Source of the DNA: Amycolatopsis pithecellobii
Lineage (GTDB): Bacteria > Actinomycetota > Actinomycetes > Mycobacteriales > Pseudonocardiaceae
NCBI RefSeq assembly: GCF_009707865.1
Contig: NZ_WMBA01000048.1
Coordinates: forward strand, 1 to 32,000
Length of the DNA stretch: 32,000 nt
Direction of reading: 5' to 3'
Shown: one piece after another, positions 1 to 8,798 of the stretch
How positions within the stretch are numbered: the first letter of the stretch is position 1
How the letters are laid out: each line of letters starts with the position of its first letter
Notes under the pieces: model-generated
Seen by the model: the letters and a program-made list of their open reading frames with translations, nothing else
Database searches by the model: none
What the model was told of the DNA's origin: nothing
Program-made: the position numbers and the translations under genes

Positions 1-49
1 CGACGAGCACGTACAGTGCCGTCAGGAGGGTGTTCAGATCGTTCGTCAC
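1..49 (-). CDS. Possible first 16 codons of a transposase gene running off the left edge
   Basis: GTG at 49-47 opens a minus-strand frame reading VTNDLNTLLTALYVLV up to the window edge. I remember this 'LxxLLTALYV' opening from IS982-type DDE transposases. Only 16 codons are visible. Confidence 0.2.
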   Translation of the reverse strand, partial: MTNDLNTLLTALYVLV

Positions 50-119
50 AAAATGATCATGGACACCCTCCACCCATGCCCAGACCCCGGGCCACTTCAC
101 ATGACCTTCACGGAATCAG

Positions 120-497
120 TCATCTAGCGCCAGTCGGAGGGGCCTGGAATCCCGCCATACACAGCAACGCGTGTTTCACATTGCCGTGCGCCGGGGTCGA
201 GGCCAGGATCCGACTGAGTCGGTCTTCGCTGAGCGGTTGCTCGGGCCACACGATATCCAGGAGGTAGTACCTGCCATCCAGGACGAACGTGACCCGGCCG
301 CCGTCGGCGAAGCCCGGAGGCTCGTCAGAACGCGCGTGTACGGCTTGGTGGCCGAGCAGGTCTACGACGAACGCGACGAACTGCTCCTGGCGTTGATCGC
401 CCGACAACCCGGAGTCGAGTAGTTGGCCATATCCGCCGATGAGGTTCAGCATGCTCTCCCGATGTCTGGTCCAGATAGAGGTCGAGGAAATCAACAA
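120..497 (-). CDS. Hypothetical protein (125 aa; internal ATG at Met16 is an alternative start)
   Basis: ORF with very high third-position GC, for example in GRVTFVLDGRYYLLDIVWPE. There is no recognisable catalytic motif; the C-terminal half only loosely resembles a restriction-endonuclease-like fold. Confidence 0.45.
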   Translation of the reverse strand: MLISSTSIWTRHRESMLNLIGGYGQLLDSGLSGDQRQEQFVAFVVDLLGHQAVHARSDEPPGFADGGRVTFVLDGRYYLLDIVWPEQPLSEDRLSRILASTPAHGNVKHALLCMAGFQAPPTGAR

Positions 498-602
498 CGC
501 GGTCGGACGGTATCGGAACGGCGGTTACCGGACGCCTGACGGGCCGACTGATCGCTGTATCGTCGCGACCGTCTCGGCAGGTCAGGGGTTCAACCGGTTT
601 AC

Positions 603-881
603 CTACGTGGTCCTACCAAAGGCAGAGTCGCTAGCGGTGAGTGTAAACGCGAACGGCGACGCCTGGTCGTCGCCGATGAGGTGGCGGAACTCCTCATCAA
701 CGGCGATCAGGACATCGTCATCTTCGGTGGCAGGCGGCACAGGGCCACCGGAGAACAGCAAGTTCGTCCAGCGATTCGCCACACGCGACCAGATCACGAG
801 ATGAGTCTCGGCGAGGAGGATCCACACCGCCTCGATCTCGTTCGGAAGGTCGGATAGCGGCTCGAGGTGGTGCGCGATCAT
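603..881 (-). CDS. Hypothetical protein (start uncertain; 93 aa from the ATG at 881)
   Basis: The C-terminal part of the 205-aa track ORF has coding-like GC3 (MIAHHLEPLSDLPNEIEAVWILLAETHLVIW...DDDVLIAVDEEFRHLIGDD). The upstream 110 codons are R/G/P-rich and look non-coding. Confidence 0.4.
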   Translation of the reverse strand: MIAHHLEPLSDLPNEIEAVWILLAETHLVIWSRVANRWTNLLFSGGPVPPATEDDDVLIAVDEEFRHLIGDDQASPFAFTLTASDSAFGRTT

Positions 882-1464
882 CGGATCGAGGATCTCCGCG
901 TATATGTAGTCAAACGTGTGCGCGATGAGAACTACGCCAAACTCGATGAGCCCTACCTCCGCCTGTTCGTGGCCGCGCGCCGATTCTGCGCTGGCGAATG
1001 CACACCTGTTCTGGTGACAGCCGCGGACCCGGCCTGTGCGCCAGCACTTCACCAGCCGCCCTAACCGAACACCAAACCCAGGGCCGCTAGGCACCCCGAC
1101 CGTGCAGATCGGCCCGTCACGACACGTCACAACCACCAGAAACCGGTCGCCACCGCCGCCAGCCCGATCACCATTCCCAGCCATGCCCACGATGCGTGCA
1201 TTGAGCGGCCCGCGCCGCACGACACATGCGAAACAACGACAAACCAGCCGCCGACAAAAGAAAATGTGCAGAACCGCCCAGCTGGGTGACCCGCCTGGAG
1301 CAGTTTCCGTGACCCCGTTTCAAACGGGGTCAAAGCCCTGCTCCAGATTTGCTCCACTTACTGAACAGTAACTGAAGCGAAGTCCACAATGGACAAAATT
1401 TCGTCGCACCTAAAAACAACGCCCGACCTGCGAAAATCGCAGAGCCGGACGATCTTGAAAACTG

Positions 1465-1513
1465 TGGAGCTAAGGGGACTCGAACCCCTGACCCCCTCAC
1501 TGCCAGCGAGGTG
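1465..1513 (-). pseudogene. Truncated tRNA-Ala(GGC): anticodon arm to 3' end only, with no 5' half; att-like remnant
   Basis: The reverse complement reads CCTCG-CTGGCAG-TGAGG (anticodon stem-loop, anticodon GGC), GGGTC (variable loop), AGGGG-TTCGAGT-CCCCT (T arm) and TAGCTCC-A (acceptor 3' strand plus discriminator). The sequence 5' of this (1514-1540) has no D arm and no GGAGCTA acceptor strand. Confidence 0.7.
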
Positions 1514-1723
1514 GCCTAGACCTTTCTACCTGCACAAACGGAGAACCCGCAGAAAAAACGGTGCCGTTCAGTGCAGTTGACTGCAGCTCGACGCTGTTCA
1601 GCGCGCACCTGTGCCCCAGATTTGCCCCGCGGAAAACAGCGTGAAGACCGACCGTCGCACGGTAACTCCTTGCAATCGAACCTCTATCGATTGCTTGAGC
1701 GTGGACATGGATAGTCATTGGTG

Positions 1724-1750
1724 AAGGCTCGACATCGATGGTCGAGGCTT
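1724..1750 (-). terminator. Candidate stem-loop terminator about 40 nt after the helicase stop codon
   Basis: aaggctcgac-atcgatg-gtcgaggctt forms 9 bp with one mismatch and a 7-nt loop. No U-tract follows, which is common in actinobacteria. Confidence 0.3.
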
Positions 1751-1789
1751 AACCACTGTGAACGATCACGTAATTCCCCGGGCTTGCAC

Positions 1790-4558
1790 TCACGGGACCT
1801 CGTGGCCAGTGCCAGTGTTGAAGCGGTCGTCCGTACTCTTCTGAAACCGTGCATGTAGGCGGAGCAGGACTTCGGCATCGAGTGCGGCGTAGGTTTCCTG
1901 GCTGTCGGTGAGGGGGCGCCGGGTCCAGTCGCTTGCTTGCTCTCGCTTGTCGAGTTTGACGCCTAGCTCACGCGCGCAGACTTCGCGGAGGCTGTGGCCG
2001 GTAGCTGTGCTGCGGAGTTGGCGTGACGTGTCGCGGGTATCCAGCACCCCTTCCAGGGAGTAGCCATACCGGCCGAGGACGTTGCGCTCGAATGTGGCGT
2101 TGTGGATCAGCTTTATTGTTTCAGTGCTGGTGAGCAGTTGTCCGAGTGGGGCCAGGTCGGGTACCTCGAGTGCGTCGATGAGATAGGTCGCTTCGCCAGC
2201 GGCGATCTGGATTAGGCACAGAGTGCGATCCGTGAGGGTAGTTTCGACGTCGAGGCCGACGATGGGCTCGGACGTCAATGCAGCTACCGCTGCCTCGAGT
2301 TGCGGTAGCGCGCGGACCCAGATCAGCGGGCGGTCCTCTTCTCGGCGCAGGAGAGGCAGATCCGCTGGGATTTCCGCAAGCTGACCAACAGCATCCATGT
2401 CCTCGCGGGTGAAGGTGCGGACGCCGTCGGGCACGCGGGAAAGGGTGGCCTCGATCCCGGACAACCATCGCCAAGCACCGCCGATGTCGAGCAAGTAGCG
2501 CGCCACGACCTCGCGTTCAACCCATGGTGCCATCAGTGGTTGGAACTTACTGAGTCGGTAGTTTGGGAGTGATTGGGCGACTTCCGTCCAAAGTTGGTCG
2601 TTCTCCCAGAAGTCGGGTTCCGTGATTTTGGCAAGTGCGTCGAGGAAACTGCGGCGGTCGACAACGCCCTTTATCTTGATCAAGAAGTTGTCCGGGATGA
2701 CTTTCCAGCCAACGCCCACGGCTTCGAGTGCGTAGCGAAGCGTCGCGTTGATACGTCCTCCGGCGAAGGTCCACCAGCGAATCTCGCCGTCGTCGAACTC
2801 CATTCCGCCGCGCTTAGGGTTGACGATTTCTAGCATGGAAGCGCGGTGCTCGGCGAGTACCGCCCATGCCGCGTCGTCAAGGTATGGATAACGGTCGTCG
2901 CTCTGGAGCACCGACAGTATGCGCTGGCAGACGTCGAACCCGAGGAACTGTGGGAGAAATCCGCCCCACGTGGGCCGACGACCACGGGGGGCCGGTTCGA
3001 CGACCAGGCGACGATCGTTGTGCACTAGTCGCAGTGCGGTCCATGCGCGGCCGCCGAGTAGGAAGCTGCTGATGCCTTCGACGAGTCGGTCGACGAAGGC
3101 TTGGTTCAGGGAGCCAAGCGGCTGACCGCTGGCGGTTTCCACCGTGTAGGTCTGTGGGCTGGAGAAGACCGCATAGAGTTCCATGAAGTTCTTGCGGCCG
3201 AATCGGCGTTCCGCCTTCGGTCCGAGGACCAGTTGGCCGCTGGTGAGCCGTAACGCCCCGTCTCGGAGCATCCAGTTCAGCAGTCGGTCGTATTCGGCTC
3301 GGTGAATGCCTTGGAAGTCGGGTACGTGGGCCAGATGTTCCCAGGCGTCGTCGGCCGTGACCCCGCCAGTCGCCAGCGACATCGCGAGCAGTTGATGGAT
3401 AAGGACCGGCCAGCAACGTTGCTCTACCTCGACGGATTCGACCCAGCCAGTCTTGGCCAGCTCGATCACAGCGATGGCTTGCAGCATGCCCTCGGTCGTC
3501 GTGCAGAAGAACGTGGTGTTGGCCGATTGCCCTCCTCGTCGCCCTGTTCGGCCCATGCGTTGCATAAACGAACTCACAGTGTCCGGTGCCTCCGCCTGCA
3601 GGACCCGATCGAGGTCGCCGACGTCGATGCCCAGCTCCAGGGTGGAGGTGCACACGATGCAGGTGTCGCTGCCGTGGTGGAAACGCTCTTCGGCGATTTG
3701 GCGATCTTCTCGGGACACCGCGCTGTGGTGCACGAACACGGCGATTCCCGCGCGTCTCATGTATTCGGCGACGGCTTCCGTCGTAGCCCGGGATTGGCAG
3801 AAGAACAGGCTTTTCTGCCCGCTCGCGACGCGCGCCGCGTCGATGGACAACTCGGCGAGATTCTCCCGGTAGACGACTAGAAGACGTCGGCGGACGGGTT
3901 CCTTCAGCGGATCTACGATGCGTCCTGGTCGGTTCGACGTGCCTTGCAGCCAGGTTAGGATCGCTTCCGGGTTGCCCACGGTCGCGGACAGCCCCACGCG
4001 CTGAACGTCGTGCTGAGAGATTCGTGCCAGGCGTTCGAGCACACTCAACAAGTGGGCACCCCGGTCCGATCCGGCCAGCGCGTGTACCTCGTCGATGATC
4101 ACGGTCCGCAGGTCGGCGAACAGCTTATGCTCGTCCACTCGCTGGGACATCAGCATCACTTCGAGTGATTCCGGCGTCGTCATCAGAAGCTCAGCGGGCT
4201 CCTGGAGAAACTGGCGGCGGTGGTGGTCGGCGGTGTCCCCGTGCCACACGAACCGACGCAGGCCGACCATATCGGTATAGCGACCGAGTCGATCCTGCTG
4301 GTTATTCAGCAGCGCTTTGAGCGGCGCGATGTAGAGTGCACCGACGCCGTCGGGCTCGTTCTCGACCAGCTTGGACAGGGTGGGAAACATCGATGCTTCG
4401 GTCTTGCCACCCGCGGTTGGCGCCAAGATGACCGCGTTGTCGCCGGCGAGCAGTGCCTCGCCTGCCTCTTCTTGCACCGGTCGCAGGCTCGACCAACCGA
4501 GCCTGGACACGATCGCCTGCTGGAGGCGCGGTGCGAAGCGGGCAAAGACACTCACCAC
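1790..4558 (-). CDS. brxHI: BrxHI-type Lhr-like DEAD/DEAH (SF2) helicase with a C-terminal RNase D/DnaQ-like DEDDy 3'-5' exonuclease domain
   Basis: Helicase motifs: Walker A APTAGGKTEA, motif II IIDEVH, SAT, and motif VI QRMGRTGRRG, followed by an Lhr-type associated region (RWWTFAGGRINATL). The C-terminal aa 745-905 carry Exo I LDVETT, Exo II HNATFE and Exo III YAALDAE. The GTG start overlaps the brxD stop (GTGGTGA). Confidence 0.85.
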   Translation of the reverse strand: MVSVFARFAPRLQQAIVSRLGWSSLRPVQEEAGEALLAGDNAVILAPTAGGKTEASMFPTLSKLVENEPDGVGALYIAPLKALLNNQQDRLGRYTDMVGLRRFVWHGDTADHHRRQFLQEPAELLMTTPESLEVMLMSQRVDEHKLFADLRTVIIDEVHALAGSDRGAHLLSVLERLARISQHDVQRVGLSATVGNPEAILTWLQGTSNRPGRIVDPLKEPVRRRLLVVYRENLAELSIDAARVASGQKSLFFCQSRATTEAVAEYMRRAGIAVFVHHSAVSREDRQIAEERFHHGSDTCIVCTSTLELGIDVGDLDRVLQAEAPDTVSSFMQRMGRTGRRGGQSANTTFFCTTTEGMLQAIAVIELAKTGWVESVEVEQRCWPVLIHQLLAMSLATGGVTADDAWEHLAHVPDFQGIHRAEYDRLLNWMLRDGALRLTSGQLVLGPKAERRFGRKNFMELYAVFSSPQTYTVETASGQPLGSLNQAFVDRLVEGISSFLLGGRAWTALRLVHNDRRLVVEPAPRGRRPTWGGFLPQFLGFDVCQRILSVLQSDDRYPYLDDAAWAVLAEHRASMLEIVNPKRGGMEFDDGEIRWWTFAGGRINATLRYALEAVGVGWKVIPDNFLIKIKGVVDRRSFLDALAKITEPDFWENDQLWTEVAQSLPNYRLSKFQPLMAPWVEREVVARYLLDIGGAWRWLSGIEATLSRVPDGVRTFTREDMDAVGQLAEIPADLPLLRREEDRPLIWVRALPQLEAAVAALTSEPIVGLDVETTLTDRTLCLIQIAAGEATYLIDALEVPDLAPLGQLLTSTETIKLIHNATFERNVLGRYGYSLEGVLDTRDTSRQLRSTATGHSLREVCARELGVKLDKREQASDWTRRPLTDSQETYAALDAEVLLRLHARFQKSTDDRFNTGTGHEVP

Positions 4559-5874
4559 ACGTCCTCGGCAGGCACAAGCTGCTCGTGCTCGTCGAAGTCG
4601 ACGAGCGGAGCGCCGGTGAGGACATGCTGCTCTTCCGGACTGAGTTCCTTGGCCGAGAACCCATACTCGGTCATAGGCTCGTAGTCCACGTGTTCCTCGA
4701 CCAGGTCGAGCTGGGTGACGAACTCACGTAGGAACTGGCGTGGTACCACGCCGACGTCACCTTTGAACCCCATGGTCACCTCCGTTACCAACTGCTCGAC
4801 GAAAGCCGTGCTGATCTTCTGATCGAGCCGGCCACGATCCGACGTGGGGAACAGCTCGCGGAGACGAAGAGCGACCGAACGAAGCCGGTCGGCATCGAAC
4901 GGCACAAGCTCGAGCTGAGCCTGTCGCATGCTCGCGAAGCGGCCTTGTTTCAGAAAACGGATTCGGTCGTGCAAGGGTGCAAGGCCAGCGACGCCGTGCC
5001 GTGAATCGAAAAATTCCGGCGTACCGGTGAATATCCATAAAATTCCTGGATATGATCCTGCGGCGTCAGCGATCTGCCGAATCCCGTTGAGCGATTTGTG
5101 CCGCGAGTCCGAACGCATGCGAAGAATGGTCTCGGCCTCATCGATGACGATGACGAGCCCGGAGTATCCGGCAGCTTTCACGATTTCGAGCACACCGCGC
5201 AGGTAATCCAGCGCATCACGGCTCCCGATGTCGCCCTTGATGCCTGCGGCCTTCTTTGCCGACGCGGCGACGTTGCCGCTGCCGCACAGCCACGACGTCA
5301 GCGCACCAGCTTCCGCGACGTCGCCTCGTTGCTTCAGATCGAAAATGGTCTGAATAACGCGCACGAAGTCCTGCGGCGCCTGGCCACCGGTCATCGCCGC
5401 GAGGTCTTCGTCGAGGCGTTTGCGAACCTTGGCGTCGAAGGCGGGGTCCGAGTCGTCCTCTCCGGCCGCGATCAGGCTTTCCTCCACACGGCCGATCCAA
5501 CGGTCGAGGATGTCACCGAGGGCGCCGCGTGGCGCCGACGCGGTGCCGAGCTCGGTCAGCACCTTGCGGTACACGTCGTCGAAGCGGTGGAACCTGAGAT
5601 CGTTGTCGGAGACCACGACGAAACTGGTCGCGAATCCGCGAGCACGCGCGTCCAAGAGAGCAAGGCGGGCCATGAAGGTCTTGCCACAGCCATAGCCACC
5701 ACGGAGGAACTTGATGGTGCCCTCGCTATTGTTCGCAAGGTCGAGCTGCCGGTGCAGTTCTCCGCGTTGTTTCTCGATGCCGACGGCAAACGCATCGATT
5801 CCTCGTTCCGGCACCAGGCCTTTACGCAATGACTCAAAAACGTGCTCGACGCCTTTGTTGGTCAACGTGCTCAT
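4552..5874 (-). CDS. brxD: BrxD-like P-loop ATPase (DUF2791-type BREX ATP-binding protein)
   Basis: Walker A LRGGYGCGKTF and Walker B LVIVIDEAE. The size (440 aa) and the position between pglZ and the Lhr-like helicase match BrxD. Its ATG overlaps the pglZ stop (ATGA at 5871-5874). Confidence 0.75.
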   Translation of the reverse strand: MSTLTNKGVEHVFESLRKGLVPERGIDAFAVGIEKQRGELHRQLDLANNSEGTIKFLRGGYGCGKTFMARLALLDARARGFATSFVVVSDNDLRFHRFDDVYRKVLTELGTASAPRGALGDILDRWIGRVEESLIAAGEDDSDPAFDAKVRKRLDEDLAAMTGGQAPQDFVRVIQTIFDLKQRGDVAEAGALTSWLCGSGNVAASAKKAAGIKGDIGSRDALDYLRGVLEIVKAAGYSGLVIVIDEAETILRMRSDSRHKSLNGIRQIADAAGSYPGILWIFTGTPEFFDSRHGVAGLAPLHDRIRFLKQGRFASMRQAQLELVPFDADRLRSVALRLRELFPTSDRGRLDQKISTAFVEQLVTEVTMGFKGDVGVVPRQFLREFVTQLDLVEEHVDYEPMTEYGFSAKELSPEEQHVLTGAPLVDFDEHEQLVPAEDVW

Positions 5875-8798
5875 GTGCTTCCCTCGCGTACGTATCGCTT
5901 CACTCCAGCCACAATGTCGATGCGCACATCGAAAGGAGCCTTCTGGGCATATTCCTCGAACTTGATGGCAAAGCGCCGCAGGCCACGCGGGCCGCCCAGC
6001 ATCGCGGTAGCCTCATTTTCGGTCACTGTACCGTGCGCTGCCAGATGTTCGAACACTTGTCGGACACCCGATTCGGGGAATTGCTGGAGCCAGCTTGCAT
6101 TGCTCGTCGTGGTGGTTGCTGCCTGCGCGGGCGCTGCTGCCGGCATCTCCCGCGTGGCGGTAACAGCGAACCGCGCATCTGGTACGAACGGCTGCACGTT
6201 AACTTCGGCGCTCGGGTGATGAAGTTCGACGCGCACCCGCTCGTCGAGCGCGCCGGTGAGGCGGAAGAAGACCTCGAAACGTTTACCGACGGTCGCGACG
6301 ACCACGCCACCCGAGATCCGCGCGCCGCCACGAGTCTGACCGAGCTCAACGAACACGTTCTCTACATCGTGCACCCTCAACGCGAGCTCGACCTCTGCGG
6401 GGCTGCCGAAGTCCAGCGATTGGTCGCCAAGGACATCGACCTTGGCTTCGATGCAATGCATTCCGGCGACGCCCTCGCTAGCCGCGGCGGTGACGCCGTA
6501 CTGAACGCCGCTGCCGCCGGATGCCGCGCGATGCGCCACGGTCAGCACCGGGATGACCCGTTCCTGCAGACTGTTGCCACCGTGCGCGAAGCTCTTGACC
6601 ACCCGACCGGTATCGAAAACCGCGGTGGTCTCCGGGAACATCACCTGCCCGGTTGCTCCCTGATAGCCGAGGTCCGCCAGCGCGACCCTCGCCTCTCCTA
6701 CGTGATCAGCCGGCACCGGCGAGAACACAAACCGCTGGCTCGGATCGATGCGACGGCCATGGGCTTGGGCAGTTGCGCGCGTGTTGTCCAACAGTAGGAA
6801 GCCGTGGTCGCTGGTGATGACGAAGCGTCGCACACCCGCGTCGCGCAACGTTCTCCACGCGGCCCGCAGCTTCTGCATGACAACGTCGAACATCGCAGGG
6901 CCGACGCCTTTCTCACCAGCGTCGTCGATCTCTCGGCTGTGCACGACGATCAGCCGTGCTTTGGCGATGGAGCGCTTGAGCCAGGCGATATCTCGGCTGA
7001 CAACCTCGTCGAGGGGAAGCCATGGGCATGTCGCGCCGCCGACCCGGTCGTGCATGGCACGTTTGCGTGTTTCTGGGTCTCGCACGCGGAACTCGCCGGC
7101 CTGAAAGCCCTGAATGCCACCGGTATCACCGGCTAGCGAGATCTGCAGCCGACCGTTCTTCTCCACCGGCGCGAGTACATTCATGCCCACTGCGGTCACT
7201 GTCGGCAGCTCGGCGAGCCGGGGTTTGATCAGCACAGTAGTGGCCGGCGTGTCGGCTAGTTGGCGATAAAGCTCCTCGCCCATCTCGAACCGCAACGCGT
7301 CGACGACGAAGTAGGCGGTGGTGCCGGGTTCTTTGGTCAGTGGCTTGACCACCTCGTCGAAAAGCGTCCGCTGCTGATACGAGGCGCCTGGGAGGAAACC
7401 GTGGGTCTTGCAGAGCGTGTTGAACTCCCGTGCCCAGCCGTCAGCCCAGACGCGCCAGGCGTGACGCATCCCGTCGAGACGGCTCCGTAGGGTTTCGAAC
7501 TCGGGCAGAAGCGGGTAGAGCAGCGCCATCCGAAGCTGCTCAAGCTGCCGATGCGCCTGATCTACGGCTGCGCCACGTTCGACGTAGGTGGCAACAGCAG
7601 CTTCGATGCCATTGTGCATGCCTTTGGCAATGCCGATGCGGTCGCCCGCCCGCGCGATCGCCTGACCAAGCCGGGCTGCAGCATGGACGAGCTGCCAAGC
7701 GGACTGCCGTGCCGGATCGTCCCGGAGCCAGAACGACGCACCGGCTGGTTCAGGTGCCGTCCGCGGATCAGCCCACTCGGCCGCCTGGTCGAAGTCCGCG
7801 CGTTCGAGCGCGACCAACGCGGCCTTGAGGACCTTGTCCTCCTCGAACCGGAACGTGTCGATCTTGCCGAGGTCTTCGGCGCGGGCCGCCTCGACCTCGT
7901 CGGCCAGCAACGCCTCGGTCTCGTCGGCCGTTCGCCGATAGAAGTCCGGGTATCGCTCCCTAAGGTGCGCGGCCACCGTCCGGCAGGTCTCGATGATCTG
8001 ACTCGGCAGGTTCACCGCAGGACCGAGCAGCGCCCCGGCTGGTTCGTGTTTCGGGTCGTGCACGTATTCCACGCACAGCGCCCAGCTCGCCGCCGCGAAC
8101 GCCACGTCCTCAGCGCGCGGCGGCGTTGGCGGCAGCGTGATGTCACGCCAGTTTTCCGGGAGACCGACCCATGCGGCGAGGCGTTCCCACAGGGCGTTCT
8201 CGTCGTCGAGCTGGCCGATGCAGGTGGCAACGAACCCGCCGGTAAGCAGGTCGTCGAATACGGCAGTCGGTTTCATAGCACGTAGCTGAGCCGGGAGACC
8301 CCCGCCTGTGTCGTTCAGGAGAGCGCTCAGCCAGGCGTCCGCGCCGGCGAGCGTCAGGTCCGGCTGCGCGGTGAACGCCACGATCTGGTCCGGGCGCACC
8401 CGGCTGGCCGCGGCGTCGGTGATCAGCGTGTGCAATGCCTTCCGGTAGCGCGTGCCCGCCGCGTACAGTTCGAACAGCGGCGTCCGACGGACGGTCTCCT
8501 CGGTGAACCCGGGCAGATGAACGACCAACGGCGGCTTTTCGGTCCCGGCGGCGACCCCGTCCAACGCCAGCATCAGCGCCAAGTGGCTCCCACGAAACGC
8601 ATGCACCTCATACGGCAGAGCCCCGGCGGAGCGCAACGCTTGGAGCCGATCAACGAACTCGCTGTACTGCCCAGCCTGGTCCAGCCACATGACCAAGCCC
8701 TGCTTACGCACCCACGAACGCAGGTCTTTTTCCAGCGTCGCGGATACCGGGCCGTCGATTCCCGCCGTCGAAGGCGGGGATTCCGCTGCCGTCGTCAT
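5871..8798 (-). CDS. pglZ: BREX PglZ-domain alkaline-phosphatase-superfamily protein (975 aa from the ATG at 8798)
   Basis: PglZ signatures YFVVDALRFEMGEELY and FVITSDHGFLLL. The ATG at 8798 forms an ATGA overlap with the pglX stop at 8795. The 51 extra N-terminal codons in the track ORF (to 8951) are R-rich and lie inside pglX. Confidence 0.88.
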   Translation of the reverse strand: MTTAAESPPSTAGIDGPVSATLEKDLRSWVRKQGLVMWLDQAGQYSEFVDRLQALRSAGALPYEVHAFRGSHLALMLALDGVAAGTEKPPLVVHLPGFTEETVRRTPLFELYAAGTRYRKALHTLITDAAASRVRPDQIVAFTAQPDLTLAGADAWLSALLNDTGGGLPAQLRAMKPTAVFDDLLTGGFVATCIGQLDDENALWERLAAWVGLPENWRDITLPPTPPRAEDVAFAAASWALCVEYVHDPKHEPAGALLGPAVNLPSQIIETCRTVAAHLRERYPDFYRRTADETEALLADEVEAARAEDLGKIDTFRFEEDKVLKAALVALERADFDQAAEWADPRTAPEPAGASFWLRDDPARQSAWQLVHAAARLGQAIARAGDRIGIAKGMHNGIEAAVATYVERGAAVDQAHRQLEQLRMALLYPLLPEFETLRSRLDGMRHAWRVWADGWAREFNTLCKTHGFLPGASYQQRTLFDEVVKPLTKEPGTTAYFVVDALRFEMGEELYRQLADTPATTVLIKPRLAELPTVTAVGMNVLAPVEKNGRLQISLAGDTGGIQGFQAGEFRVRDPETRKRAMHDRVGGATCPWLPLDEVVSRDIAWLKRSIAKARLIVVHSREIDDAGEKGVGPAMFDVVMQKLRAAWRTLRDAGVRRFVITSDHGFLLLDNTRATAQAHGRRIDPSQRFVFSPVPADHVGEARVALADLGYQGATGQVMFPETTAVFDTGRVVKSFAHGGNSLQERVIPVLTVAHRAASGGSGVQYGVTAAASEGVAGMHCIEAKVDVLGDQSLDFGSPAEVELALRVHDVENVFVELGQTRGGARISGGVVVATVGKRFEVFFRLTGALDERVRVELHHPSAEVNVQPFVPDARFAVTATREMPAAAPAQAATTTTSNASWLQQFPESGVRQVFEHLAAHGTVTENEATAMLGGPRGLRRFAIKFEEYAQKAPFDVRIDIVAGVKRYVREGST

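Noticed and set aside
1311-1331. Perfect 9-bp hairpin GACCCCGTT-TCA-AACGGGGTC
   Set aside because: It is real in the sequence, but there is no convincing gene ending next to it on either strand and no second copy in the window. I could not assign it a function such as terminator or att core.
1389-1580. 63-aa plus-strand ORF, and the possibility of a complete tRNA gene
   Set aside because: The ORF simply reads across the tRNA-like segment. Folding the reverse complement gives a valid anticodon arm, T arm and 3' acceptor strand. However, the preceding 25-30 nt have no D arm and no complementary 5' acceptor strand, so this is neither a protein gene nor an intact tRNA.
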